Shown here one piece after another: positions 47,960 through 60,779 of a stretch of 64,000 bases of DNA; position 1 is the first letter of the stretch, and each line of letters starts with the position of its first letter. The stretch comes from Phoronis australis. Lineage: Eukaryota > Animalia > Phoronida. The notes below the pieces were generated by a model. The model searched no databases. It was not told the DNA's origin and saw only the letters and a list, made by a program, of their open reading frames with translations. The DNA lies in NCBI GenBank assembly GCA_002633005.1, contig NMRA01000236.1:247679-311678 (forward strand), given 5' to 3'. A program made the position numbers and the translations under genes.

Positions 47960-49691
47960 ATTTATCTGCTGAATTGCACTGAAATCAAGCCCTTCGAAAG
48001 AACTTATTCACTAAAAGATTCGACCGACTTTTTATTATTCGCTTGTCACTCCGTCATTTGCATTTTGTGAACGCGTGAACTGAATCATTCACTGATTGGC
48101 TGGCGTTCATTTCACAAATAGAATTGAGAACTGAAGACGCATGTTGAACCTTCAGTTCTGTTTTAACTGGGTATTAGCTATAAATATTTTAGCCTTGGTA
48201 AAAAACTTTATGAACATGTATGTTGACGCCTGTCTACATGTACATACACAACTTGCTAGATGGCCAAGTGCAACATTGATTTTCAGCAAACGAACGGGAC
48301 TAGTTAAAGCGGCATTTTCCGCTGTGTAGCTGTCAGTGCAAAATTTTAAACGAAGCGCAATGCTACCGTGCGCCATTTTTAAATTCGCAATTTTAGGATT
48401 GGTCACCGCCACTAAACTCTGAAACGTTTTGTTGAGTGGTTCATTGTTGACTTCGATGTTCTTGTTCGAAAACAGCAACCCTATCATGGTAGCCAGTCAT
48501 CTATATGTGTTATGGCTGACGTCAAAACACAGCTTTTCACTAAGGTCACGATATAATGTATTAGAACAAGACAGGGCATAATATAACCAGCCAGCTAGCT
48601 TCATGAAGACTATCGTCAAATTACAGTTAGGTACCACTTAGCCTTGGCGCAAAGCTGTACACTAAATATACAGCTTTGCGCTGAAGTGGGTAAAAAACCA
48701 GCCAGATAAAATCTGACACAAAATTACTTTCATTAAAAACTAAAGTCTTCCTTGAGAAAATTAAATTAGTTAACGGTGTTGGAAAAATGGCGTTCTACTG
48801 TTATTCTGCTGCTTAAGTTGTGGCGCGATCTTTTGCGTCGGCTTTCGGCGCCATGAAATATTGCCTCACCCATTGGTCATTTTTTTCGCCGATTCTGCAA
48901 TCAACTTCGATTTCTCACGACGTTGCGTATACTTAAATGCAATAAAACAATTTAGGGCATAACAGCATTATACTACACCGTGATGTCGCGCACGCACAAT
49001 TTCCTAAATTCTTTGCGAGATCTCTCGGGAGATGATGACAGGTTCACAACAGCAAAATTTGATTTGAAATTCGGTTTGCTGGTATCAAAATTTTAAAAAC
49101 TTATAATTAAGTGAAACCAGTTCCGATAATTTGTTGTGAACGTATACGCAACCTTGTGAAAGAAAAGCAGATGATTGAAGAATTGGCGAAATCAGAAACT
49201 AACCAATAGGTGACGCTATATTTCACGGCGCCTAAAGCCAACGGAAAAGACCGCTCCACAAATTCAACACCGGTAAATAATTTAGTTTTTTCAAGGACGA
49301 GTGTAGGTTTTAGTGACACTAATTTTTGTCTCATTTTATTTTGTCAGTTTTTTACCCACATCGGCATAATACAACTCAGCCGTGATACAAAACTACTGAC
49401 TGTTTTGACGACTGTCTAAATTGAGCTATCTGGCTAGCAATAGCTATTTAATCTAAATGTACAAATAGAAAATTCAGAACGTAACGTCTTTTAACGTACT
49501 CTTTTCTCACATAGCACTTCATTTGAACCTGAGACTGGTCTGACGTACCTTGCGTGACAAGTGCATGTCCTACCTAACAAAAACTACAATCATCCTCCGT
49601 TCAAACTTTCAGGAGAGGAGAAACATATACCCTTTTCGTAATGGTGGTGAGCGTAAAATTAATACATGTAGTCCTCAATTGTGTTTTCCAG

Positions 49692-49819
49692 ATGGTTTAG
49701 CCGCGGATGAACGGGCGATATACACTGCTTACGTTGCGTCCCCAATCTACTGTAGTATCTGTCCTTTCATGGCTGCGATTATTGGTGTGTGCGCAGGCAA
49801 AACGGGCACTACTTGCAAT
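49692..49819 (+). CDS. MS4A-like gene, exon 2 (DGLAADERAIYTAYVASPIYCSICPFMAAIIGVCAGKTGTTCN)
   Basis: ttttccAG acceptor in phase 1 matching exon 1; AAT|GTATGT donor in phase 0; PIY.S...AAIIG resembles the MS4A TM2 pattern (P.W.G....G). Confidence 0.8.
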
Positions 49820-50700
49820 GTATGTGGTTTTTACGTATTCACCAGTATGCACTGAAGCACTCCTGAAGACTGTTGCAGTCTGCCTGTTTTCTGGAAATGT
49901 GTACAGCCAGTTCTCTTTTTGTGACGATTTTAATGAACGGAATTAAAATTCTCTTTCTGCTTGCTTTTTGTTGGAAACTTCAACAATCAAATTTTACCTC
50001 CAGTCAATTTTGTCAAGTCTTATTTCTCATAAGTTGTGCTTTCTCATCATGACATTTATTTTTTCAAAATACACACCTTTTAAAAGGAACACTATCTGCT
50101 TTATGTACAAAACGCATTTTGAACTTATTTTATTTATTTACTATTATTATTTAAGTGTGATAGACTTCTTGAAGTTATTATCTTCGACCGAATCGTCAAT
50201 TCTCGTCGCTGTCTGCCACAATGTTTAAAATACTCAGCCCCGCCAGCAGAATTGCGTTAGACTGTACCGAGCGTGGGATCGCAGGTTCGATTCTGCGCTG
50301 AGGTTGATCAAAGAAAATTACTTTCCTTTCCAATAATGTCCCTTTAAATGAATATCCGGTGGCGCACCAACAAAATTGTCGTCATAATGCACAGCGCCAA
50401 ACTCCACATTACTTCTAACACACTATAGGGTTGCAATTCTGGAAACGTTGTTATTCCAGTGATTTATTTCGATTGCTGAGGATCATTTTGTGTTATAAGC
50501 TGGTAAAAATGAAGGACAAATATTTCATTTTCATCACAATAGTGCAAAGTGTAAATGACGGCCAAGTCCTTTGGTATTTTTGTTCAGTATTCTCCACTGA
50601 CATTCATTCTCCCCTGGCAAGCACCGACATGTATTGTTCATTGGCGTGTTTTCTTCACAGACATAATGATCTCAGTGACGTGTATTCGAACTTGTTGCAG

Positions 50701-50793
50701 AGCATTTGGGTTGTAATCTTTTCAATCTTGTCAATTGCGTCGGGTGCGGTGCAAATAGCAATGTGTGCAGTGTTCGGTGCAGTTATGGGTGGG
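50701..50793 (+). CDS. MS4A-like gene, exon 3 (SIWVVIFSILSIASGAVQIAMCAVFGAVMGG)
   Basis: ttgttgcAG acceptor and GGG|GTAAGT donor, phase 0/0; TM3 with an SI.S motif. Confidence 0.82.
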
Positions 50794-51080
50794 GTAAGTA
50801 AATCAGTTGTTTTTGCAATACATCCTTCATATTAAGGGGCCTACTCTCAAAAGGATCCTAACTGCATGGGTGGCGCATCATGGGGGCGGGGGGGGGGGCT
50901 ATAGCCCCCACTTACTTCAGTGCTGTGCCGATGATCGCTTTGCTCATCTATAAATCCTACATTTTTCAATGTTCAATTCCATGGTGTGGGCGACAGATTC
51001 TCATGACGCATTTGACTATCGTCAAATTTATACCGCGTATCTTAAAACTTCTCTCGCTAATATATCCCGCATTTTTTCAG

Positions 51081-51269
51081 TTAGGTGATCAGTCAAAATC
51101 TGAGGTGCGTGGTATCACCATTGGACTATTCTGCGGAATGGGTCTCGGTCTTTTTTCGTTCTTTACCGCCCTCGCTTACATTTCTATCACGTGCTGCTGC
51201 CCAGGGGATAGCCTGCCGGAAAATTACGCAGAAGTACGCCTTAACGTGAAAGAACTATTGGCTAATAAG
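51081..51269 (+). CDS. MS4A-like gene, exon 4 (LGDQSKSEVRGITIGLFCGMGLGLFSFFTALAYISITCCCPGDSLPENYAEVRLNVKELLANK); terminal exon not identified
   Basis: ttttttcAG acceptor; TM4 followed by a CCC cluster; donor AAG|GTGAGA at 51269 (alternative GAA|GTACGC at 51233). Confidence 0.78.
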
Positions 51270-51299
51270 GTGAGACAGTGGTACATGTGTAACACAGCA

Positions 51300-51765
51300 C
51301 CACACGTTCCAAACACCGTAACACCATTCAAGAGTCTATTAAATGCAAGTCGTTACATGCTTGCAGCTCACTGTAATCTATTACTACAATACATTATACA
51401 CCGTAACAATCTTCAAAGAGTCCTACATGCGTGTTACAGTGCCCACAACTAGACGGTCTTTTCTTTGAACAACGAGAAGTCGCGAGACCTAAGAGTTCTG
51501 GGATAGCGGTACTTTTATCTGAGGCTGCCATGTTGTAAATTCAGCGCGAAATACAGATTGCCGCTAATCTCGAAGCTGAATATAAGCCACAATCTTGGCA
51601 ACAAGAGTAAACATCGACCTGATCCTGTAACACGCATGTAGGACTCGTTGAAGATTGTTACGGTGTATAATGCATTGTAGTAATATATTACAGTGAGCTG
51701 CAAGCATGTAACGGCTTGCATTTAATAGACTCTTGAATGGTGCTACGGCGTTTGGAATGGGTGTG
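51300..51765. mobile_element. Foldback MITE with ~140-bp TIRs
   Basis: 51301-51439 is a near-perfect reverse complement of 51625-51765; CAC...GTG termini. Confidence 0.88.
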
Positions 51766-52610
51766 GGTGAAGACAGTCATTTGCAGACCTCCCGCATCAT
51801 TTTGAGAACCGCCTTTCTCTACTGGATACCGGCTGGGCATAAAACTGGCACTCAAAATCCGGGAGCACTGGAAGTGATTATTGTCGATGGGCCTATTCGA
51901 CGCGGTTTCGCTGCTGTACTAGTGGTGATTGAATTGCGCATGCGATGCTGTCTGCATGTAAACAGCTGGTAAAAGGACGGAATTGTCATCAAAATACGGC
52001 GTCGCGCTAAGCCTTATTATTGCTATTTTCTCGGGTGCAACTTTTCGACAGGTGGTCACAAAATCCCCAAAAGACCTAAAGTTACTACAGGCGTGGAGAA
52101 TTGCGGTCTAAAGGGTCAACCAATTGACAAAAAGTGTCTGGATGCCGAAGTCTTACGCCCGTGTATGCGCTCTATGCATTTACATTGAGAGACTATAATC
52201 ACTAACCGGAGGTTACTTGGTAAGTTTTTAGCAATTGAGTTTCAATCGGCATCGCTCAGTGATGTTATCCCCACCGGTTTCCCAATGAATAACGGGTTTA
52301 TTCAGTGGAACTAAGTGTTTCTATTCAGAAACTCACCCGGGACCCGGATGGTAGGCTAGCAACCCGTATCCACATATTGTCCTGGCTGGGAATACTCCCA
52401 ATACAAGAGGTGTATAGAACGTGCCGCTCAGAAGCCAAGGGTGACTTTTTTACATCAGTTACTTTACAAAACAATACTATAAAATTCTCTAGATGAGTGA
52501 GTTTCCTTATTTTATAGCGGACCCCACCTCCAGGACTACCAGAACATGAATGAGCTATTCTGTAAATTCGTAACATTGCATTGGAATAAATATTGACGCC
52601 TAAAATTAAT

Positions 52611-54625
52611 TTTTACGCGCCCACATATTTATATGTGGACGCATTATGCCGTCATCTTCGTCCGTCAGTCAGTCCTTCCGTCCGGGTCCGTCCGGCGTCC
52701 AGCGTCCGCTGCTGTATCTCCAAAACGCCTTGACTTACAGTATAATCATGAAATTTTGCACATGTGTTCCTTCCGTGGATGGGACGGCATGAGCGAACTT
52801 TCGGACGGACCTGACTACAGGTGTGCCACTTAATGGCAAGTTTATTTTTTACGTTTACCTCTGTATGTTCAAAGGTCCTCAACGTATTTTCATGAAATTC
52901 GGTACATAGGCACCTATTAGTGAGATAACGCTATCCTCCCGTTTTCAGATGGATTTGACGTAGTTTGCGTCACTTAGTGGCCATTTTTACTGTTTTCGAG
53001 TCTGTTTTTTGCGTTCACCATTCTATCAACCAAACCGCTCGAAGGATGATTGTGAAAATTGGCATGCATGTTCTTACTATGAAGTGGAGGGCTGCACGAT
53101 GATTTTCCGACGACTTTGACCTCTGTGGCGCCTCCTAGTGTCAGTTTTGTTTTTTTGTGGCTGTATCTCCTAAATCGTGAGCAGGATCTTTACTAAATTT
53201 AGTAAATGTATTTATATGGTGTTAACAACGGAGGACGACGACTTTCAGACGGATCTGACTACAGGTGTGCCACTTAGTGGCAATTTTATTTTTTTACATT
53301 TACCTCTGTATGTTCAAAGGTCCTCAACGTATTTTCATAAAATTTGGCATACAGGCAATCTGTTAATGAGTTGACGCTATCACTCCGTTTTCATATGGAT
53401 TCGACATAGTTTGCGCCACCTAGTGGCCATTTTTACTGTTTTCGAGTCTGCTTTTGGAGTCCACTCGTCTATCACCCAAACCACTTTCAGGTTAATTGTA
53501 AAAATATGCATGTATGTTTTTACTATAAAGTGGACGGCTGACGACGATTTTACAAGTTCGACTACTGTGGCGCCACCTAGTGGCAGTGTTGTTTTTTTGC
53601 GCTCATGGCTGTATCTATTAAACTGTTTGGAGGATTTTTACTTAATTTAGCAAGTGCATTTATATGATGTTGACAATAGACTTTTGTACGGATCTGACTA
53701 CTGGTGTGCCCCTAGTGGCAGTTTTAGATTTTTACGTTTACCAGTCCATAACGTAGAATTGTCGTGAGGACTTGACAGGGACCTCAGGGGTCTCACACTC
53801 CGCTGATTAATCCACATTATTTTGAAAACGCTTTCCCAATCACACATTGTGTGTCATAAAAGAGATAAGCATACCTACAGCTGACGTGGCAAGTAAAACT
53901 ACTCTCGTTTGTCACATTGGTGTAGACTCACAGTTGAACTGTGGTTTTCTGTTGACCCCACTGAGACCGTCCGGAGTTGCACCATATACCAACTCCGGTG
54001 GGTCTCTCACGACGATTTAGCGTTATGTGTATCTTCAAAGGTTCTCAACAGATTTTCATAAAATTTTGAATATAGGCCTCTATTGGCGAGATGACGCTAT
54101 CATCTTGTTTTTGGATGGAATAGAGGTATTTTGCTCCACCTGGTGGCCATTTTTGCCGTTTTCAAATCTTGTTTTTGGCGTTCACCTCTCGATCAACCAA
54201 ATAAACAGTTTTGAAAATTAGCACATATGTTTTCATTGTAAAGAGGACGTTTGATGATGGCGACTGACTACTGTGGCGCCTCCTAATGGTAGTTTTGTTT
54301 TGTTTTGCGCCCAAAGCTGTATCTCCAAAACCCACTGCAGGATCTTTATAAAATTTAGTAAGTGAATTTATATGTAGATAACAGATGACGACTTTCAGAC
54401 GGATGGAACGGAAGCTGTGCCCACAGGCAATTTCATTTGTTCTGTTTTTTTGTTTATCTGAAGTTCCTTGAGAGATTTTCATGAAATATGACATGTTCCC
54501 GTTTTAGGATGGATTGTATGTTTTTGCGCCATCTAGTGGCCATTTTCATAATACAAATAATTAACCCTAAAAACACACCATTTGCGATGCATTCGTGAGC
54601 GCATTTCAACGCTGTGTTGTTCTTG
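52611..54625 (+). mobile_element. Non-autonomous Helentron-associated element (HINE/DINE-1-like) with internal ~430-450 bp tandem units
   Basis: T-rich insertion site without TSD, 5' subTIR/IR gcgcccac...gtggacgc, (gtcc)n microsatellite, tandem core repeats, 3' subTIR gtgagcgcat plus caacgc/gtgttg hairpin; empty site at ~12250. Confidence 0.88.
53742..54029. mobile_element. MITE nested in the HINE (TIR cataacg...gtcgtgag / ctcacgac...cgttatg)
   Basis: Inverted termini; interrupts the tttacctctgtatgttcaaagg motif seen intact in adjacent HINE units. Confidence 0.7.
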
Positions 54626-55559
54626 TATTTGTTGAGATCAGAAACACATTTTAGGTGTCATGAAAAATACACATTCTTAAATAACTTTTAGCCTGTTTCA
54701 CAAGACTTGGTTACAAAGATTATTAGTTTCTACATATAAACATGAAGATGAAATGTCAAGTAAGTTCTGCCTTACGAAAGTAGTTTTGTCTTGTGTTTTC
54801 TTTCATAATTTTCTAATATTTCTCTGACTATTCTGTTACAGGTGAAAGAAAACGACTGAAACCAGCCATCTGACCGTCTATTCTAACTTTCGACAAAGTG
54901 AAAAGCAGTTCTTCAGCAATAACCTGAGGGAATTGAACCTCTCAATTCAGAAAGTCAGCCGTTGACATCCCTGATTATGGACTCTGTTGCATTGGGAAAA
55001 TTACAATTGTTTTTAACAACTAATGTTGTTCCGTTGTATGTATGTGGTTGTTCATTTTGTCATTTTGTTTTTAAATACAATGATTATTGATTATTCTCAA
55101 ATCTCGTGCTTAGCAGATTCTTATCCAGCTAGCTACGATTGGAAACATATTTTGCTTGCATGTGGAACTTTTTGTTATAGACAAGTTAACACAAAACGTA
55201 AAACTGTTCAAAGGCCTCCTTAAGAAAGCTCTAAAAATAATTTCACACATAAACAAATCAAATGCAATCAAAGAGAATACTTCGTTTTGATCACCGGACA
55301 TTTTATAGGTCAACAGGAAAATGACAATTCGCAAGCGTGATCGATAATCACCTCAGCTTTATAAAGAAACAGCACAACTGCACTTCTTTAGCTTCAGTCC
55401 GTCATGTTTCTTCCAGGAAAGGAAATAAGCCATTCTTGTCCACACATGATTCATTGCCTATGCAAGGGCATCCTCACCAATGAGGCTGGCTGGTCTAACA
55501 GTCGGATATAGTTCCTCTTCACACACAAACAATCCATTGGCACATTTTCGTATGGTAAC

Positions 55560-55640
55560 TTAGTACTGCGATTCACGTTTCTCCAGGGGCACTGGCTGGT
55601 AGGTTGTTCCATGCAGCACTGCTGGTGTGTGGACGACATG
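55560..55640 (-). CDS. Candidate terminal exon of an unidentified convergent gene (HVVHTPAVLHGTTYQPVPLEKRESQY*)
   Basis: Strong acceptor tttctcttcccacAG, 27 open codons to TAA, non-repetitive GC-richer sequence; upstream exons uncertain. Confidence 0.4.
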   Translation of the reverse strand, partial: HVVHTPAVLHGTTYQPVPLEKRESQY

Positions 55641-55930
55641 CTGTGGGAAGAGAAATGAGTAACAAACCTTGTCTATGTTGCGGTTTGAAGTGGCCTTTAA
55701 AATGTCACTGAACCTGGAACAGATACTGAAACATAATAAATAAGTACGTCAGGTTGGGTCAAAAATGATACCCCTGTTTTTCAAAAATATGATATGGTAA
55801 CTGTTTTACAATTTCACACAAAATCAAATAATTACTATTTCCAGAAATAAGGGTGTATATAATATAATAAGTACTGATTTAAATAGAACTGCGTCTTTAT
55901 TTTTCATTTCTAGCCATAACAATGCTTTAA

Positions 55931-57622
55931 AGGAGCATGCCACCCAAAAACAACCTAATTTGTATCAATTTAGATCGAGTAGTTCTACTCCATAAGGACA
56001 CGTACGGTTTCGTTACCTGACACCTGACGGCAGACGGAGGTGTTGAAATTATACAATGACGTCATCGGTTTCACACTTAGTCTGTTCAGCAGTTCACAAC
56101 ACGGATTACTGGTGTCAGCTTATCGCTTGAAGTCATCGTTTAACACCAATAAATCATCAAACTTCGATGTAAAACCCTTAAAAAATACACCGACTTCTGG
56201 TAAAAACGTGTTGTTTTATTTCGCTCTTACGGGTTTATTGGTATTTGGACACACCGTAACCTACAAAGTTCGGCAGGTCAATAAGGTCCGTAGCAGGACT
56301 TTGGGGTCTGTTCGGAGATAATTTCGAAGTATTTTCCGTGAGATACAGACAGGAGAACCTAGATCTGTGTTGTTTAGACTTGTGATTATTTGATTTCTAA
56401 ACACAAAACGCTTGTTATCCTGGCCAGTGACTCGGAGCCCGATCAGCTGGCCCGTCGCGGCCGGCCCGGGATTAACTCGTTATCCCGGCCAGTGGCTCGG
56501 AAACTGATCAGAAATCACGAACATAAGCCAGCCAAAGTTCAGTGGAAACTAAACTTCCAGTCAAGAAAATACTATACTAGTGAGCCAAAGTAATGTACAC
56601 CTGATTATGTTGGTGAATTAGCCACGAAACTGCAAATCTACTTACTCGTCCATTCGGGGGCCGCGAATTCACTCGGGTTCCGCTTTGGCCACAGCACCGT
56701 CTGGGCAGAAGTTGTACATTGACAATCATTATTTGAGTAATGTAAACGTAAATAAAGATTCCCCTAACACCTAGCCGTGGGATGGAAATCGAGTTCTTTC
56801 ACAACAGTTCTGCCAGCAAACACTAAATTAGCATGAGCTCACACCGGCACCCGGCCTCGGTGTCCCGTCAATTAGTTTTGCACCAAAAGCCGGTAACGCA
56901 GTGATTTATTCATTGCTGGCTTCTCAAATCATTTGCACTCACAAACACTCCAAAGGCATTACAAATTGCATCTACTGAGACAGACTTTGTTTTAGTTGGT
57001 TAGGGTGAGAAGGCATTTTGAAACAGAACGCTCAGTACTAAACGCCAACATGGCAACTCGCAATCCCGACTTAGGACGAGCTACAGTAGAGCTCATCAGT
57101 CCCGACTTCGCAGGTGGGTCGTTAAGTTTTACAGGCTATCAATTCGAACAGGAATACAGTGATGAAGAAATACTAGAGAGGCGCCGTGAACAAGCTCAGA
57201 CAACGGAACATGGAGTCATATTTGGTAAGCCGGCATTCGTCACTGAGGCACTGTCCACGTCTGCATGCCACAGACACGGAGATGTTTCACGGCCTCATAC
57301 TTGCTATTTACAGCGTACATTTCATTCTTCACTACCATGAGCCACTTCTTAAGCATTTCGGCCTCTCGAGGAAGTAAAAAAAACGATATACCCGCTTTCC
57401 TCGCAGCGCTGCTTAGTTCGGACAAGCGGGAACGATGCACCGCAACATAGCGGCATTCACTCTGCATATGAACCACTGACGTCGCTAGCGTCGTTTCTCA
57501 CCTTCCTCACAGGTTCACGCGACACCTGTTGGCAAGGTAAGGTCGACCGTATGCGAGGCGATGTGGATGTAGACCAATTAAGACGGCAAAAAAGACTAAG
57601 TTAAATCGGGTGGCATTCTACT
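55931..57622 (-). mobile_element. Internally deleted Kolobok-like DNA transposon, copy 2
   Basis: TTAA|aggagcatgccacc ... ggtggcattctact|TTAA; THAP remnant GISFFLLPREAEMLKKW...RVCG (57240-57460 -) and convergent MATRNP...GYQFEQEYSDEE (57050-57210 +). Confidence 0.88.
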
Positions 57623-60600
57623 TTAAATGTATCATTTGTCTGCAAAATATGCATGTTATTTGAGACAACTTCAAACCTTTGTTACCCATTTTCAAGCCTT
57701 TTGATTTTTGATACTTTCAGCAATTTTAAACACCGATTACAGATTCATGGGTCTGTCAAACACATTTCTGGTCTAAGGCTGAGAGAATCGTTTCTCAGAT
57801 TTTTTTCTAATAGAGGATACGAAAACTTGGGTCAATGATGGATAATCTTTCTGTTGTTCAAAAGTAATTAAAAATCCTAAGGCACCATTGTTTGTGTATT
57901 GGCAGTAAGAATAATATGTTCAAATGTGACCTCACTCGTAAGTTCACATCAAAAATGCAATTTTCACAAAAATGACAGTCATATGAGTTTATAAACGACT
58001 GGCATGAGTTAAGACTGGTTCAGTTGTTGAAAATTCAGAGAATGTAATACAGTTTTACGGGTTTACAATGGCTAGCAAAACAGTTTCATGAAACGTGAAA
58101 AAAGCTCATGAAGGTTAAGAATTACCTCACCATGCTCTTTCCCTCGGACACTATTACCTATTATTTCCACACATTCAGTTGCACCAAATTGTATAACCCC
58201 AACCCTTATGCCAACCTCCCGCTAAGGACCTGAATAAGTAAATTTACAAAAAAACCTTTGTTTGAAAATAGCTGCCCCTTTTCAAAAGCTTTGTTCTTTG
58301 TCTCTGATATAGAAAGTAGGCTTTAACAACAGATCTGCACTTGATGGGAAGATTTTGCTGGTTAGCTGCCTGCAGTCAACTGCATAAAACCAATTTTTGT
58401 CCATTCAGGGACGGTTGCAGAAGCGGTGCATATCTCGTCTTCACGGTACAAGCCCTCAAACCTAAAAATTTAAGGCCAGGTGGAAACAAACATGACATCT
58501 TTAAATGTCAACATGCAATAGGTTTCCGGATGACATAGGATAGGGAGTAAACAAATAGTCTAATGGATATTTGTCACGTGCCCTTTGAGCTTGGATTGTA
58601 ATCTTACCTCACTAACAAATATCGAGTTGACAGCATAAACATTCAGCATTGATTGATGTAACTGTCACTGATAAACCCGTTAAAAATCATTCCAAACGTT
58701 AATGATACTGCTTTGATATACGAAAAGATTCCGAGTGCCACGTTAAGTATTGTAACCCACGTCATCACAACAAGCAATGGTTGACCGACTGGCGGCTGCC
58801 GCGAAGTGGACATCGGCCAGTACCTCAATCAACAGGTATCAGTTTTGTAATCGTAAAAATAATCACAAACCTTACCTTTGTATCAGGTCATGCTTATTTC
58901 CTCTCAAAGAAGTACCCTTTTCCGTGCAATCTCAGATTCAGTTGGCACGGCTGCAAACCATTTCACCATGCATTTAAGGGGCTCGCGAAATCGAGGCTAC
59001 TGCAGTAATTTATCACCACTAGTACACGCGCGCTCTCTGGTAATGTAAAGATTGTCGAATAACTCCATTGTCTTGTGTGTAAAATTTAACCGTGCATTAA
59101 CAAAATGAGCTGTACTATGTTCTACGTAGGCTAACTGGATTCAACGCTCATCTTGGCTTCCACTTTCATGAAATCATTTTCAGGATGGCTTTGGGTCTAA
59201 TCATCTCAATTGTTCTCTGTCTGCTTGGTCAATAAGACAATTCCACTTGGTCAAAATACCCAGAATGCACTATTTATTACATCAAATGTATTTTCTAAAG
59301 CCGGGTCCAGCGAACCTATATCTTCTCGGCAGCAAACCAAACTTATGACTGAACGTCATAACACAGCTAGTTAACGATTAGTCAGTGCTCAGCTGTGAAA
59401 CACAGCTGAAGGGTTATCGAAGCGTTGTTCACAAATCTGTGAAATGGCCACAAATCAGAAGAATGGGAGAAAATACTAGCTGATAATGTTAGTAACCTAC
59501 TAACCAAAGTCAAATCCCTTGACATGGAATCGCAAACTGTCTAACCAGTTAAAGTACGCATCTTTTTACCTTTCTCTAACAACGACGACTCAAATTGCCA
59601 ATCGTCTATCATCTCAGTTTTTTACCCAATGACGTAATGCAGTAACCCAAATCTCAGCCAATGAGCCAAGAGAATGCTTTAGTCCACGGGTTCGCCGCTA
59701 ATTAAAAATGAAAATCGAGTGACAAGCGAATAGTAAACAGTCGACGGAATCTCCGAGTGAATAAGCTCTTCTGAAAGGCTTTAATTATATACCATGTAGC
59801 CGTATTATTTCTGAAGACAAGTATGTTCTACGTGTACGGATGCACAGATTAATATTTGATGCTTACATTTGTACTTCGAGTGTTTTGATGACACTAAACG
59901 GGCCCATAGAAAGGAAAAAATATTGGGGGGGGGGNGGGGGTACAAACCAAATTGACTTCTCCAACCTACGCCCTTGCTTTCGTCAGGCCCCCCGTTCTCT
60001 GGATGTTACCATAGTTGTACCGAAGGGTCATACGGGGGATGCAGCCATCAGGATTTGACAAACCGTGAACCACAAAACCAACAAAGATTCACGAAAAGTA
60101 AGAATGCGTCTAGGCCCCGAGCGCAATGACAGGTAGATGGGAGCTGCCTGAAGTAACTATAGCTGGGTCGAAGGTAAAGGTTCCTTTTAGCATGATCCAT
60201 TTTCGGGAAAACTTCGTTTTATTATGGGGATTCTTTGAAGTAATTTTGTGGAAAGGTGAGGTCCCGAGGTGCCTGGTATGAGTGCCATTGTGGCCGATTC
60301 AGAATCCCTTGATGAAACACAGCCGGTAGTCCAGTTTCTGGTTGCTGGGGAAAATGATACATAGTGTGTCCCAAAAATGTACACACGGCTCGGGTTCAAA
60401 TTCAGTTCCCGTGAGTAACCGAGATTTTAAGTTGGCCTACTGCATGGTTACACCTTATTTTTAACGTGGGTGTGCCTGTCATGACGTGCTCCGTGCATGC
60501 GTGCACCTAGGGAGGGGAGGGGGTCGGGAGGCTCGATGGCAAAGTGGGCAAAATTTGAGCCCCCCTATACTTTAGGCTGGATGCGCGCAAGCAAACGAAC

Positions 60601-60779
60601 AAAAATTCATTGCGCAATACCACTGGAAACCAAAAACATCAAGAAGTTCAAAGACAACCTTTCCAAGGTGATGACTAATAAGTTTGATTATATTTATTTA
60701 AGTACTAAACTTCGTTTTTGATCTATGGTTTGTAAAGTTAAACCCATTTATCTAGTTCCTGAGCCAATAAACAATTTAA

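Larger units (their letters stand above)
51889..55390 (+). mobile_element. ISL2EU/Harbinger-like THAP remnant, copy 2 (interrupted by a HINE)
   Basis: AT|GGGCCTATTCG terminus; PKDLKLLQAWRIAV*RV...WMPKSYARVC; colinear with 11490-12998. Confidence 0.72.

Noticed and set aside
58876-58950. Exon-like segment with a good acceptor and donor on the - strand
   Set aside because: Stop codons in all three frames
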